DNA of 64,000 nt from a virus. The translations under genes were made by a program, and so were the position numbers. Every line of letters starts with the position of its first letter. Position 1 is the stretch's first letter. Location of the stretch: IMG/VR virus record IMGVR_UViG_3300037608_000032, positions 1-64,000 of that record; one strand, written 5' to 3'. Positions 36,121 through 44,797 of this stretch are shown piece after piece. The notes below the pieces were generated by a model that was given only the letters and a program-made list of their open reading frames with translations, searched no databases and was not told the origin of the DNA.

Positions 36121-36459
36121 ATGTCAGAGAATCCCGAAAAGCAGCTACTCTTCAACGCCCTGTCCTGGCGGGCCATGGTCAAGCCGGGGCTACAGCTACC
36201 CGGACGGCCCTTGGTCCTGCGAGACGTCCAGTACGGCGGGGGAGACGACCGCACGGACCGGCGGATGGTGCTCGACACCGCTCAGCTCCGCATGCTCCTC
36301 GACATGGCCGAGAATTCAACCACGGGGCGCGTGGTGCTCCACAGGGTAGGGATCCGCGTGATGCTCCTTCGAGACCAGTCTGGGCACCAGTACGAGTGGT
36401 GCTCGTTGGTGGCCAGCAAACTCGAAGCCGAAGCCTCCGGGTTTTTGGTGGACCGATGA
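36121..36459 (+). CDS. hypothetical protein
   Basis: GGAGG RBS, GGCTACTAC upstream. Confidence 0.75.
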   Translation: MSENPEKQLLFNALSWRAMVKPGLQLPGRPLVLRDVQYGGGDDRTDRRMVLDTAQLRMLLDMAENSTTGRVVLHRVGIRVMLLRDQSGHQYEWCSLVASKLEAEASGFLVDR

Positions 36460-36920
36460 CTCCGGAACAGGTGCAGCAACTTCTCGTAGTCGGTGGGTGC
36501 CTTCAGTTCACAGCGTCGGACCATCGGGCCGGGCCGTTGACGTGGGCGGGCATCCGCATGAGGGACGGCTTGGCGGTCTGCGCCGAGCCCCTCCCTGAAG
36601 ACCTGACCGAGGATGAAGACGTGCTCGGGTGGCTCAAGCAGGAAGAGCGGTCCTGGTTCTTCGCACAAGACGCTTCCCCGGCCTGGTGCTTCGTGGACTG
36701 GCACGCTGGCCATGGGGAGCCGGTGCCTCTGGAGGACACAGAGTCGCTGGCTCTGCTTGAGGGAGACGAAGACCTGATGTTGCTTGCGGCTGCTGTCTGC
36801 CAGCTCGCGGAGCTTGTCTACCCGGACGGGTGGGCAGGGTACGAGTCTTCCGGGGCGTTGACCTTGGACGTGATCGCCGTCTACCCGATGGCTACCACGG
36901 GTCAGGACATGGAGGCGTGA
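36456..36920 (+). CDS. hypothetical protein
   Basis: ATGA coupling. Confidence 0.7.
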   Translation: MTPEQVQQLLVVGGCLQFTASDHRAGPLTWAGIRMRDGLAVCAEPLPEDLTEDEDVLGWLKQEERSWFFAQDASPAWCFVDWHAGHGEPVPLEDTESLALLEGDEDLMLLAAAVCQLAELVYPDGWAGYESSGALTLDVIAVYPMATTGQDMEA

Positions 36921-36922
36921 CG

Positions 36923-37447
36923 ATGGGGCAGGTTCAGCTCTTTGCCGACGATGCACTCGCTCAAGACGGGGCGACGTTCACCGACGACCGGCGCTACAGA
37001 TATCGACTCTGGCGGAAGTGGGGCATGGGCCAGACCGTAGCCTTCCTCGGTCTCAACCCGAGCACGGCAGACGAGTCCAAGGACGACCCTACCATCCGGC
37101 GATGCAGGAACTTCGCTCACGCTTGGGGCTTCGACGGGATGTGGATGCTGAATTTGTACGGATGGCGCTCCACGGACCCACGGGCCCTCTGGGACGGTAC
37201 GGTCTTGGACCTCATCGGGCCAGGCCATGACGAGTCCCTCGTAGACGTGAGCCGACAGGTGGCCTTCGTGGTCTGCGCTTGGGGAGCGTTCCCGAAAGCC
37301 CAGGCCCGTGGACAGCACGTCCTTGGACTGCTTCACAGCGCCGGGGTGGAGACGCGGGCGCTTGGTTTGACGGCCAGCGGGTTCCCGGCGCATCCGCTCT
37401 ACTTGCTGGCGACTTCGAAGCCTTCACCGTGGCCGGTGCTTCCATGA
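36923..37447 (+). CDS. DUF1643 protein
   Basis: YRYRLWRKW, LNPSTAD..DDPTIRRC, NLY..RSTDP, CAWG, PAHPLY. Confidence 0.9.
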   Translation: MGQVQLFADDALAQDGATFTDDRRYRYRLWRKWGMGQTVAFLGLNPSTADESKDDPTIRRCRNFAHAWGFDGMWMLNLYGWRSTDPRALWDGTVLDLIGPGHDESLVDVSRQVAFVVCAWGAFPKAQARGQHVLGLLHSAGVETRALGLTASGFPAHPLYLLATSKPSPWPVLP

Positions 37448-37761
37448 CCTTCTGGGGCACCCGTGAACCCGGGTCCATCGCCGTCAGACCTCGCCGAGAA
37501 GACGAGGACTTCGACAGCACTTCGGTACTACTCTGCGAGTTCATCGCCTCGGATTGGTTCGAGGCACCGAACGACCCGCGCTTGCCAGCGACCGGGCGGC
37601 TACGGGTGGAAGAGAGGGGATACATGACGTGCCCGAAGTGCGGTACGACGGTCCCGTATCTTCAAGCCCAAGGGGTCGGTGTAATAGATTGTCGCAGGTG
37701 CAAGAAGTTTATGTTCTATCTGGCCGAAGGGTCGGGGTTGGAAGAGGTGAGCCATGGGTAA
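37444..37761 (+). CDS. hypothetical zinc-ribbon protein
   Basis: CPKC..CRRC; ATGA coupling. Confidence 0.65.
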   Translation: MTFWGTREPGSIAVRPRREDEDFDSTSVLLCEFIASDWFEAPNDPRLPATGRLRVEERGYMTCPKCGTTVPYLQAQGVGVIDCRRCKKFMFYLAEGSGLEEVSHG

Positions 37762-38068
37762 GAAGCGATGCGCATGCCGAGTTGAACTGGCCCGACTTCA
37801 AGCTATTCTCGATGCCGAGACCGGCACGGAGGGAATGGACGGGTGGCTCTTCTCCCAGACATCGCAGTCATGGTGCGCCGACGGTGGACGCGGGCCAGGG
37901 TATGTCGAGCGCATCGAAGCCGGGAAGTGGAGATGGACGGTCTGGCGGGACAGGGAGCGCGACGGGGCACCTGACGACGCATGGACCTTCGTACCGACGG
38001 CGCTTGAGGGCATGGAGGCGGCCATGGCGACGGGTAGGGCGGCAGCCGAACGGGTAGCTAATGCCTGA
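37754..38068 (+). CDS. hypothetical protein
   Basis: GAGGTG RBS; coupled. Confidence 0.65.
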   Translation: MGKKRCACRVELARLQAILDAETGTEGMDGWLFSQTSQSWCADGGRGPGYVERIEAGKWRWTVWRDRERDGAPDDAWTFVPTALEGMEAAMATGRAAAERVANA

Positions 38069-38342
38069 CCCCGAAGTCCTGCGAGCCGCGCTGTCCGTCG
38101 CCGTGCCCCTCCAGATCTCGGAGCTGGAGCGCTGCGGCGGCCCGGGTCCTTCGGAGCTCGCCGAGGCCCGCGAGGTGGGCCAGCTTCTGGCCGAGAAGGG
38201 CGACGTGCTGATGTTCAAGAGCCCGAAAGGCGAAACCGCCAAGGTCTTCGGGCGAGTCGCAAGGGCCATCGCGGTGCTCGCCTTCTGCCCGGGCGGAGTC
38301 CAGGTCTTCGGAGACCGCTACGAAGGGCATGCCGATGCCTGA
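38061..38342 (+). CDS. conserved-type phage hypothetical protein
   Basis: AVPLQI..AEKGDVLMF..LAFCPGGVQVFG. Confidence 0.7.
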   Translation: MPDPEVLRAALSVAVPLQISELERCGGPGPSELAEAREVGQLLAEKGDVLMFKSPKGETAKVFGRVARAIAVLAFCPGGVQVFGDRYEGHADA

Positions 38343-38583
38343 ACTGGCCCGTGAGATGACCCGCGCCGAATTCATGACCCAGGAGCGCAAGGCCTTCATG
38401 CGCTTCATGCGGGACGCGCCAGAGACGACGCTCGGATGGTCCGTGACCTACCGCTGCGACTGCGGCCACGTTGACCGGACGCCGTCCGACGCATGGAGTC
38501 ATGCCCAGGCCTGCGACGGGACCGGGACGAAGCCAGCGGGTCAACAGGTGCTCTTCGGAGACCCTTCCCCGGCGAATCAATGA
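38329..38583 (+). CDS. hypothetical protein
   Basis: CDCG..H..C; coupled to mom. Confidence 0.6.
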   Translation: MPMPELAREMTRAEFMTQERKAFMRFMRDAPETTLGWSVTYRCDCGHVDRTPSDAWSHAQACDGTGTKPAGQQVLFGDPSPANQ

Positions 38584-39467
38584 ATCAGCGTTGGCGAGAA
38601 CGACGCGAGAGCTACAGGCCAGCACAAGAGCCTATCGACCCGAGCAAGTACGGTGTCGAGTTGATCCGAGAACAAGACGCGAAGGCCTACGTTATTCGGC
38701 ATCATTACTCGGGGACCTACCCGGCGGCGCGTCTTCGGGTCGGTCTGTTTAGGTCTTTACCGTTCAACGCTCCCGCTTTGGTAGGCGTTGCCGTCTTCTC
38801 GGTCCCGATGGTAGGGGCCGTCATCTCGAAGTGGCTCGGAGTGGAGCCCGCCAAGGGAGTAGAGCTCGGGAGATTCGTGCTGAATGACGACGTGGAGGGG
38901 AACGGAGAAACGTGGTTTTTGGCTCGTGCTTTTCGTTTGCTGGCCCGTGAACTCCAGGAGGTTGAAGGTGTGGTCAGCATGTCAGACCCTGTTCAGCGAA
39001 GGTCGGCCTTTGGCGACGTGGTGACTCCTGGACATGTTGGGACGATCTACCAAGCGCTGAATGGAAGATTCGTCGGGAGGTCGAAACCGAAGAAGATGGT
39101 TCTTGACCAGGAGGGAAGAGCCCTGTCGGAACGTGCCTTGTCCAAGATACGAAATGACGAATGCGGGGCTCGATACGCCTACGATCAGCTTCTGGACTCT
39201 GGAGCTCCAAGACGGGAATTCGGGGAGACCGGGGAGCACTACATAGCCAGAGCGCTACGAGACGGTCCATTCGTCAGGGTCGCTCATCCCGGGAACATAG
39301 TCTATGTCTGGGCGACTGAACGGGCGAGCAAGATGACCGTTCAAGGCCTTCGGGACCCCATGAAGTACCTCAAGGCTCGAGATGCTGTAGTGTGCATGGA
39401 GCGAGAGGTCATCGCCAGGGTAGATTCACGCACCTGCAAGCAACTTGGACTCTTTCCGGCGATGTAG
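38580..39467 (+). CDS. mom: Mom-family (GNAT-fold) adenine-modification protein
   Basis: HHYS, LVGVAVF, ELGRFVL, NGETWFLARAF, VSMSDP, GHVGTIYQALN. Confidence 0.85.
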   Translation: MNQRWRERRESYRPAQEPIDPSKYGVELIREQDAKAYVIRHHYSGTYPAARLRVGLFRSLPFNAPALVGVAVFSVPMVGAVISKWLGVEPAKGVELGRFVLNDDVEGNGETWFLARAFRLLARELQEVEGVVSMSDPVQRRSAFGDVVTPGHVGTIYQALNGRFVGRSKPKKMVLDQEGRALSERALSKIRNDECGARYAYDQLLDSGAPRREFGETGEHYIARALRDGPFVRVAHPGNIVYVWATERASKMTVQGLRDPMKYLKARDAVVCMEREVIARVDSRTCKQLGLFPAM

Positions 39468-39481
39468 GGTATGCTCCCAGC

Positions 39482-41200
39482 ATGGATTCTGATCAAGCCC
39501 AGACCCGACTTCAAGAGCTCCACGCTGGCTCGTGTGGCTCTCTGCACCGGCGCTTCCCCTTGCTCGGGATGGCGCGAGCCCTGCACCACAACAAGCGCGG
39601 CCAGCCGATCACGTTCGCCGACAAGCCGTACCTGATTCCCCTCTACGCATGGATGGACGCGCTCCAAGAGGCCAGCTTTTGCAAGGCGACGTTGACGGGG
39701 ATCTCGGAGCTGTTCATTCAGAAGATCCTCCACGACGCAGGCTGGAAGAATCGGATCTGTGCCTACATCATGCCGCAGTATCAGACCTCCGAGCGGTTCG
39801 TCGGGGAGCGCATCGACCCCCTGCTGACCGACGTGCCGGCCTACGCCGGGCGGGTTCCGGGCGGGGAGTACGGGGCCAACGCGAAGACCCAGGGCTCACT
39901 GAAGCGCAAGCGGTTCGGGCCCCTTGGCGGCCTGCTGTTCCTCGGGAGCAACACGCCATCGGACTTCCTGGAGTTCAGCGCCGACACGGTGATTGTAGAC
40001 GAGTACGACGCCTGCGAGTTTGAGAACGTGGCGAAGGTCTGGGACCGGGTTCGGGAAAGTAGTTACCCGCAGGTGTTCAAGGTTTCCAATCCGTCCAGGC
40101 CGAAGGATGGCGTCAACAAGATATGGAAGGACGGCTCCCGCGCCAGGTGGTTTCATCGGTGCCCTGGGTGCGGAGAGCGCCAGCCGCTGGACTGGGAGGA
40201 GCACTTCGTCCGCAAGGCCGACGACGGGCGGTGGGTGCCGAGAGACGACGCTCGAGCCGGGGACCTGATGACCGGGGACCTCCGGCCAGTGTGCCGGCGG
40301 TGTCACCAGCCCTGGGAGCGCATCGCCGAGGGGTCTTGCTGGGTCGGGGAGTTCCCGCAAAAGCCAGCGGCCTTCCACATCTCGCGGTTGGACGTTCTGG
40401 CAACGACTCGCGAGCCCCAGCCCGTGCGCCGGTTCTACTCGGAGTGGTGCGCTGCTCAGGGCAACTCCGCGAAGCTCCGGGCGTTCTCCACGGGCGTGCT
40501 CGGGTGGCTCCGGGAAGAGTCGGGCTCGCGGATCTCCGTGGAGCTCCTCGAACGAGCCGAAGCCGGTCAAGAGCCCCTCGACTACACCGGCGGCGAAGCC
40601 TACAAGAAGTTGACCGTCGTGATGGGCGTTGATATCGGGACCTTGTTGCACGTCTCAATATCGGTCTTGGAGCGGGTCGAAGACCGGTACGTACGGAGGA
40701 GAGGACGACTGCTCTGCACGGTCAACACGAAGGACGAGATTTACAGGTTGCAGCGGGTCTTCAACGTCGGGACGATGTGCCTGGACGTCGGGCCCGAGAC
40801 TCGGCTCGTCAAGGAGATTCGGGACCACTTCCAGGAGTCGGGGGAGTGCGAGGTCTGGCTGTGCCGGTTCTCCCCGACGCCGAGGGTAGGGGAGGAAGCG
40901 TTTGGCCTTCGTGTCATGGAGCATGGATGGCAAGAACGAGTCGTCACGGCGGACCGGACCCAGCTACTCGATACGACCCTTGAGGAGTTGGCTTCAGGTG
41001 CAAGGACTTTACCGAGCGACTCGGGAACGGTGCTCGGGTTCCATGACCAGATGCGTGCGCCGGTCCGGGTGCTGGACGAAAAGGGGCAACGGTACATCTG
41101 GACCGAGGGGTCGGACCCGGACCACTTCCGGTTCGCAGATGCTTACGAGCGAGTTGCCCAGGAGATGCAGGACCGCGGAGGTGGGTTCTTCTCGGTGTGA
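39482..41200 (+). CDS. terL: terminase large subunit (lambda gpA-like)
   Basis: KATLTGISE, VIVDEYD, VSNP, CPGC..CRRC, MGVDIG, DHFRFA; near portal. Confidence 0.92.
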   Translation: MDSDQAQTRLQELHAGSCGSLHRRFPLLGMARALHHNKRGQPITFADKPYLIPLYAWMDALQEASFCKATLTGISELFIQKILHDAGWKNRICAYIMPQYQTSERFVGERIDPLLTDVPAYAGRVPGGEYGANAKTQGSLKRKRFGPLGGLLFLGSNTPSDFLEFSADTVIVDEYDACEFENVAKVWDRVRESSYPQVFKVSNPSRPKDGVNKIWKDGSRARWFHRCPGCGERQPLDWEEHFVRKADDGRWVPRDDARAGDLMTGDLRPVCRRCHQPWERIAEGSCWVGEFPQKPAAFHISRLDVLATTREPQPVRRFYSEWCAAQGNSAKLRAFSTGVLGWLREESGSRISVELLERAEAGQEPLDYTGGEAYKKLTVVMGVDIGTLLHVSISVLERVEDRYVRRRGRLLCTVNTKDEIYRLQRVFNVGTMCLDVGPETRLVKEIRDHFQESGECEVWLCRFSPTPRVGEEAFGLRVMEHGWQERVVTADRTQLLDTTLEELASGARTLPSDSGTVLGFHDQMRAPVRVLDEKGQRYIWTEGSDPDHFRFADAYERVAQEMQDRGGGFFSV

Positions 41201-41335
41201 CGGCTACTATAGGTGGAAGTTTCTGCGTTTCTCGCGGCGGGACAACCGCCAGTAACGACAAGACTCGCAGTTCAGCAATGCGCACAGGCTATCGGAACAG
41301 ACCGCCCTTGGCGCGAATGGTCTGCCGAAGAAGCA

Positions 41336-41617
41336 TTACCTTGGGGAAACGTCAGAGTGAGGATTCGATAAGCAGACATTTTTACATGCCTCCGGGATGA
41401 CTTCTGACAGTAGTTGCTCGCAGGTGAGAGCTTCTATTTCGACGAGGCATTTAGACATGACGAACGGGTCGGACATCGAGCACCAGGGGGCGACCGACAG
41501 AGAGACATCCAGCCCGCACGTTTCCGCGTGGTCAGAGTAGATGCCGTCCAGGTCCGGGAACAGCCCTCCGCACTCGCCGTCGAAGGAGAGCAGGAGCAGG
41601 GCCAGGAGACGGGTCAC
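41336..41617 (-). CDS. small Cys-rich putative exported protein
   Basis: GTG overlaps upstream TGA; MTRLLALLLLSF leader; 7 Cys. Confidence 0.5.
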   Translation of the reverse strand: MTRLLALLLLSFDGECGGLFPDLDGIYSDHAETCGLDVSLSVAPWCSMSDPFVMSKCLVEIEALTCEQLLSEVIPEACKNVCLSNPHSDVSPR

Positions 41618-42072
41618 TGTGAATAGCCGGAATACACCGGTGCGGTCTTGGCCGTGGGTGCAACGGCTGCCGTTGGAGCGACGGCGGCAACCGAAGCCAT
41701 TGGGGCGGACCCCAGCCGAGAGACGTAGTAGGTGGCTGCTCCAAGCAGGAAGATCATGAGCGGTTTTTGGGCCCACGAAACGAACGCCGTGAACATGCCC
41801 CAGCCGCGCTTGGACCGATCTTTTTCGTCGGCGTCCTTCTTGGCCACCATGTCGGAGTGGGTTTTCGCCGTAGCGCAAACCATGTCTACCCGTTTGAGAG
41901 CTTCGTCAACGCGTCCGGTCCCGAGGAGGATCGCGCTTTGCATGACATCGACAGCCCCACGGATCTCGGCTCTCAGGCTTGCTGATTCGGTGGCGTTGGT
42001 TCGGAGGAGTTCAAACATGGTCCGCAGGATCTCCTGCGTGGTTTCGTGGGCTGCCTGCTTCGGTTCGGCCAT
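41614..42072 (-). CDS. coiled-coil plus transmembrane protein
   Basis: AGGAGG RBS; hydrophobic PLMIFLLGAATYYV; oriented opposite to neighbours. Confidence 0.7.
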   Translation of the reverse strand: MAEPKQAAHETTQEILRTMFELLRTNATESASLRAEIRGAVDVMQSAILLGTGRVDEALKRVDMVCATAKTHSDMVAKKDADEKDRSKRGWGMFTAFVSWAQKPLMIFLLGAATYYVSRLGSAPMASVAAVAPTAAVAPTAKTAPVYSGYSQ

Positions 42073-42163
42073 AGAGCCTCCTGCTTCCAGGGTGACACGT
42101 CCGAGGCGCTATGACAAGAGGCTTGCAGGCGTGGTAGACTCCCCGAGTCTTCAAGGAGTTTCC

Positions 42164-44707
42164 ATGTCTCACCCGATCATCCTCTCCACGAACCTAGTCC
42201 TTCGGACCGACCGCCAGTCTTTCTCCGGCGGTGGCGGGGCCATGATGGTCTCTCCGGGTGGGTCAGCGAGCACCCGAGACCGGACCGGCAAGGCGGCCTT
42301 CGCTGCCATGATGACGATGACCGGGCTTCCGGTCGGGTACGCTGAAAGTACACGAATCCTCACGAATTCTGAACTCTGGCAGGCTTATCGGCTCTGCCCT
42401 GACGTGCGGTCGTCTATTGAAACTACCGTTAGGAAGATTTCGACTCGAAACTGGGCAGTCAAGCCTCGGCTGGACCCATCTGATCCGCAGTACGAGATGG
42501 CTCTTGGGGTGGCCGCACAGGCCGAGACTTTCCTGGGGTCCCCGAATAAAGACGGGGAAACGTGGCAAGTGGTGTGGTCGAAAGCGATACGGGACCTCCT
42601 GGTCTACGATGCCTTCGCTATCGAGCACGTCTTCGACAAGCGCGGGCGACTGGAAGAGTTGGTGGTGCTCCACGGCGGAAACGTCAACCCCCAGGAAGAC
42701 CCGTACCAGCGGCTGATGGGGTACTGTCAACTGACCCCGAACGGAGCGCCGATATATCTTGAACCGGAGCAGGTACTTTACGCCAACTTGTTCCCGAACA
42801 CGACGGCACCAGGAGGGACTCCGCTGATCGAGACGTTGATTACGGAGATTACCTCCTTGATGCGCCAGTCCAACCACGTCATGCGGGACTTTGATTCGGA
42901 CGAGGTTCCTCCTGGCGTGCTCGTGCTGATCGGCATCGCGGGGGAAGCCGCCAAACGAGCGGCGGCGGACTTCCAGCAGAAGAAAGGTCGGGATGACAAG
43001 CTCCGCATCATTACCGTCCAGGACCCCACGTCACAGGGCGCGAGGTGGGTGCAGATGACCCCATCGAACAAAGACATGGACATGACGGAAGTCGTCAAAG
43101 AGGTCCGGCGGACGGTCTGGCGGTTGTTCGGCGTGAAGCCGGTCAGCATGGGCGACACCGAGGCAACCCCACGGGCTACCGCAGAGGTGCAGGCTGTGTC
43201 AGAGGAGGGGTCGCTCATCGAGCCGATCCTCGAACTTCTCGAAGGGCTTATCAACACCCGGACGATGCCCTTGGTCGTCGGGGAGCCCGAACTCGCGAAG
43301 CTCGTCTATTTCTCCTACGACTGGGAACAGAAGTACCTGCCTGAGCAGGAACTCAAGCAGGCCCAGGCGGACGCCTCGGACTTCGACCGGGGGACGATGA
43401 CCGTGAACGAGGTCCGCGAGCGGCGCGGCCGGGCCCCTGTCGAGAACGGAGACGTGCCCCTGGTCAAGACCGGTGCCGGGTACGTGCCCTTGTCGTCGGT
43501 GGTCATGGGCCAGGCAACGCCGGAAGGAGTGTCGGAGCCCGACGCGGGCCAAGACGCGGGGACAGCGCCGGGTGAGACCGAGGGAGACGGGGAGCCCGAA
43601 AATGGAGCCCCTGGGACCATCGGGAACGCCAGGCCCAAGGTCGGCCAGCGGTATCGACCTACCCCGGCGATGCACCGATACAAGCCCCCGCGTGACGTGC
43701 CATTTGTGCTGCTCCGGTCAGCGTGCGGGTGTTCCGAGTGCGAGCCTCGGGTGGTCTATGCCCACAGGTCTACGCTGCCCTCGGAGTGGCAGCCCGACGG
43801 GAAGTTCAAGGGATACCGGACGCTTGATCTTTCGCGACTCGGAGACCAACTCCTGAAGTACTCGTCAGAGGTCACCCCGCTGTATCGACGGGCCCGCATG
43901 GACACCGTGGCAGCGGTCCGGTCCTACCTCGGCGATGGCAAGATCGACAACCAGGAGATCATCCCGCTTACGGGCAGGATTCGGGACATCCTGGAGACCC
44001 TGCACGTCAACTGGCGCATGGTTACCGAGGACATCTACCGAGTGGCGTCGAAGGTCGGGCGGGATGCAGCCGTGCAGTTCCAGGGTGCGGCCGTGGCACA
44101 GGACTGGGAAGTTCGTGGGGCTCGGTACTGCGACAAGGCGATGGGGTATCTCGTAGCCCAGGGCGGCTTGGTCAAGGACCTGTCGGACTCCCTGATCCAG
44201 CTACTCGTGTCAGCGGTCAGGTGCCGACCTGGTTCCGACGTGACCAGGATTCGAGAGCGGCTCACCCGAGCGTGGACTGATGGCCGGGCGGTAGAAGACG
44301 ACGTGGTGGCGTTGATCGACGGGTCCATTGACACGGGCGCGTTGCTCGGGTCGGTACGTCATGTTTTCGACTCCAACCAGTTCCGGATCGCCAACTGGCA
44401 GGGGAAGTTGGTAGAGTTGTCGAACGAGACCCTGCTGTCAGGCCTGGCCGAACAGCCCTCGGTCACGGACGCCAACGGGAACACGACCCCGCCGGAAGAA
44501 TGGTGGTACGACTGGTGCTCGGTTGGAGACAACGCCCGATGCCCTACATGCGTAACCGAGGGGACCATGAGCTTTCGGCCGGTGTCACAAATGAAAATTC
44601 AACCTGGCGGGGAGACCGAGTGCCGCGGAAAGTGTCGGTGCGTCTTGACCTTCTGGCTTGCGTCGGAGGTCAAGAACGGGACCGCCGTCAGTCTCTCGAA
44701 TCTCTAA
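42164..44707 (+). CDS. portal protein fused to MuF-like head morphogenesis domain
   Basis: Portal motifs GGTPLI, PPGVL, LFGVKP, TVNEVRERRG; C-terminal W..VGD..CPTC..CRGKCRC; AAGGAG RBS. Confidence 0.88.
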   Translation: MSHPIILSTNLVLRTDRQSFSGGGGAMMVSPGGSASTRDRTGKAAFAAMMTMTGLPVGYAESTRILTNSELWQAYRLCPDVRSSIETTVRKISTRNWAVKPRLDPSDPQYEMALGVAAQAETFLGSPNKDGETWQVVWSKAIRDLLVYDAFAIEHVFDKRGRLEELVVLHGGNVNPQEDPYQRLMGYCQLTPNGAPIYLEPEQVLYANLFPNTTAPGGTPLIETLITEITSLMRQSNHVMRDFDSDEVPPGVLVLIGIAGEAAKRAAADFQQKKGRDDKLRIITVQDPTSQGARWVQMTPSNKDMDMTEVVKEVRRTVWRLFGVKPVSMGDTEATPRATAEVQAVSEEGSLIEPILELLEGLINTRTMPLVVGEPELAKLVYFSYDWEQKYLPEQELKQAQADASDFDRGTMTVNEVRERRGRAPVENGDVPLVKTGAGYVPLSSVVMGQATPEGVSEPDAGQDAGTAPGETEGDGEPENGAPGTIGNARPKVGQRYRPTPAMHRYKPPRDVPFVLLRSACGCSECEPRVVYAHRSTLPSEWQPDGKFKGYRTLDLSRLGDQLLKYSSEVTPLYRRARMDTVAAVRSYLGDGKIDNQEIIPLTGRIRDILETLHVNWRMVTEDIYRVASKVGRDAAVQFQGAAVAQDWEVRGARYCDKAMGYLVAQGGLVKDLSDSLIQLLVSAVRCRPGSDVTRIRERLTRAWTDGRAVEDDVVALIDGSIDTGALLGSVRHVFDSNQFRIANWQGKLVELSNETLLSGLAEQPSVTDANGNTTPPEEWWYDWCSVGDNARCPTCVTEGTMSFRPVSQMKIQPGGETECRGKCRCVLTFWLASEVKNGTAVSLSNL

Positions 44708-44765
44708 CCCGACCGGAGTTAGAGCCGGGCGGGTATTGACGTCTGGAAAGGGCAATAGGTAATAT
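44702..44765 (+). promoter_or_regulatory. late promoter with upstream TAAC-N9-GTTA site
   Basis: CTAACCCGACCGGAGTTAG then TTGACG-18-TAATAT. Confidence 0.75.
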
Positions 44766-44797
44766 CAGGTGCGACAACCTTTCCAGGAGTCCACCTG

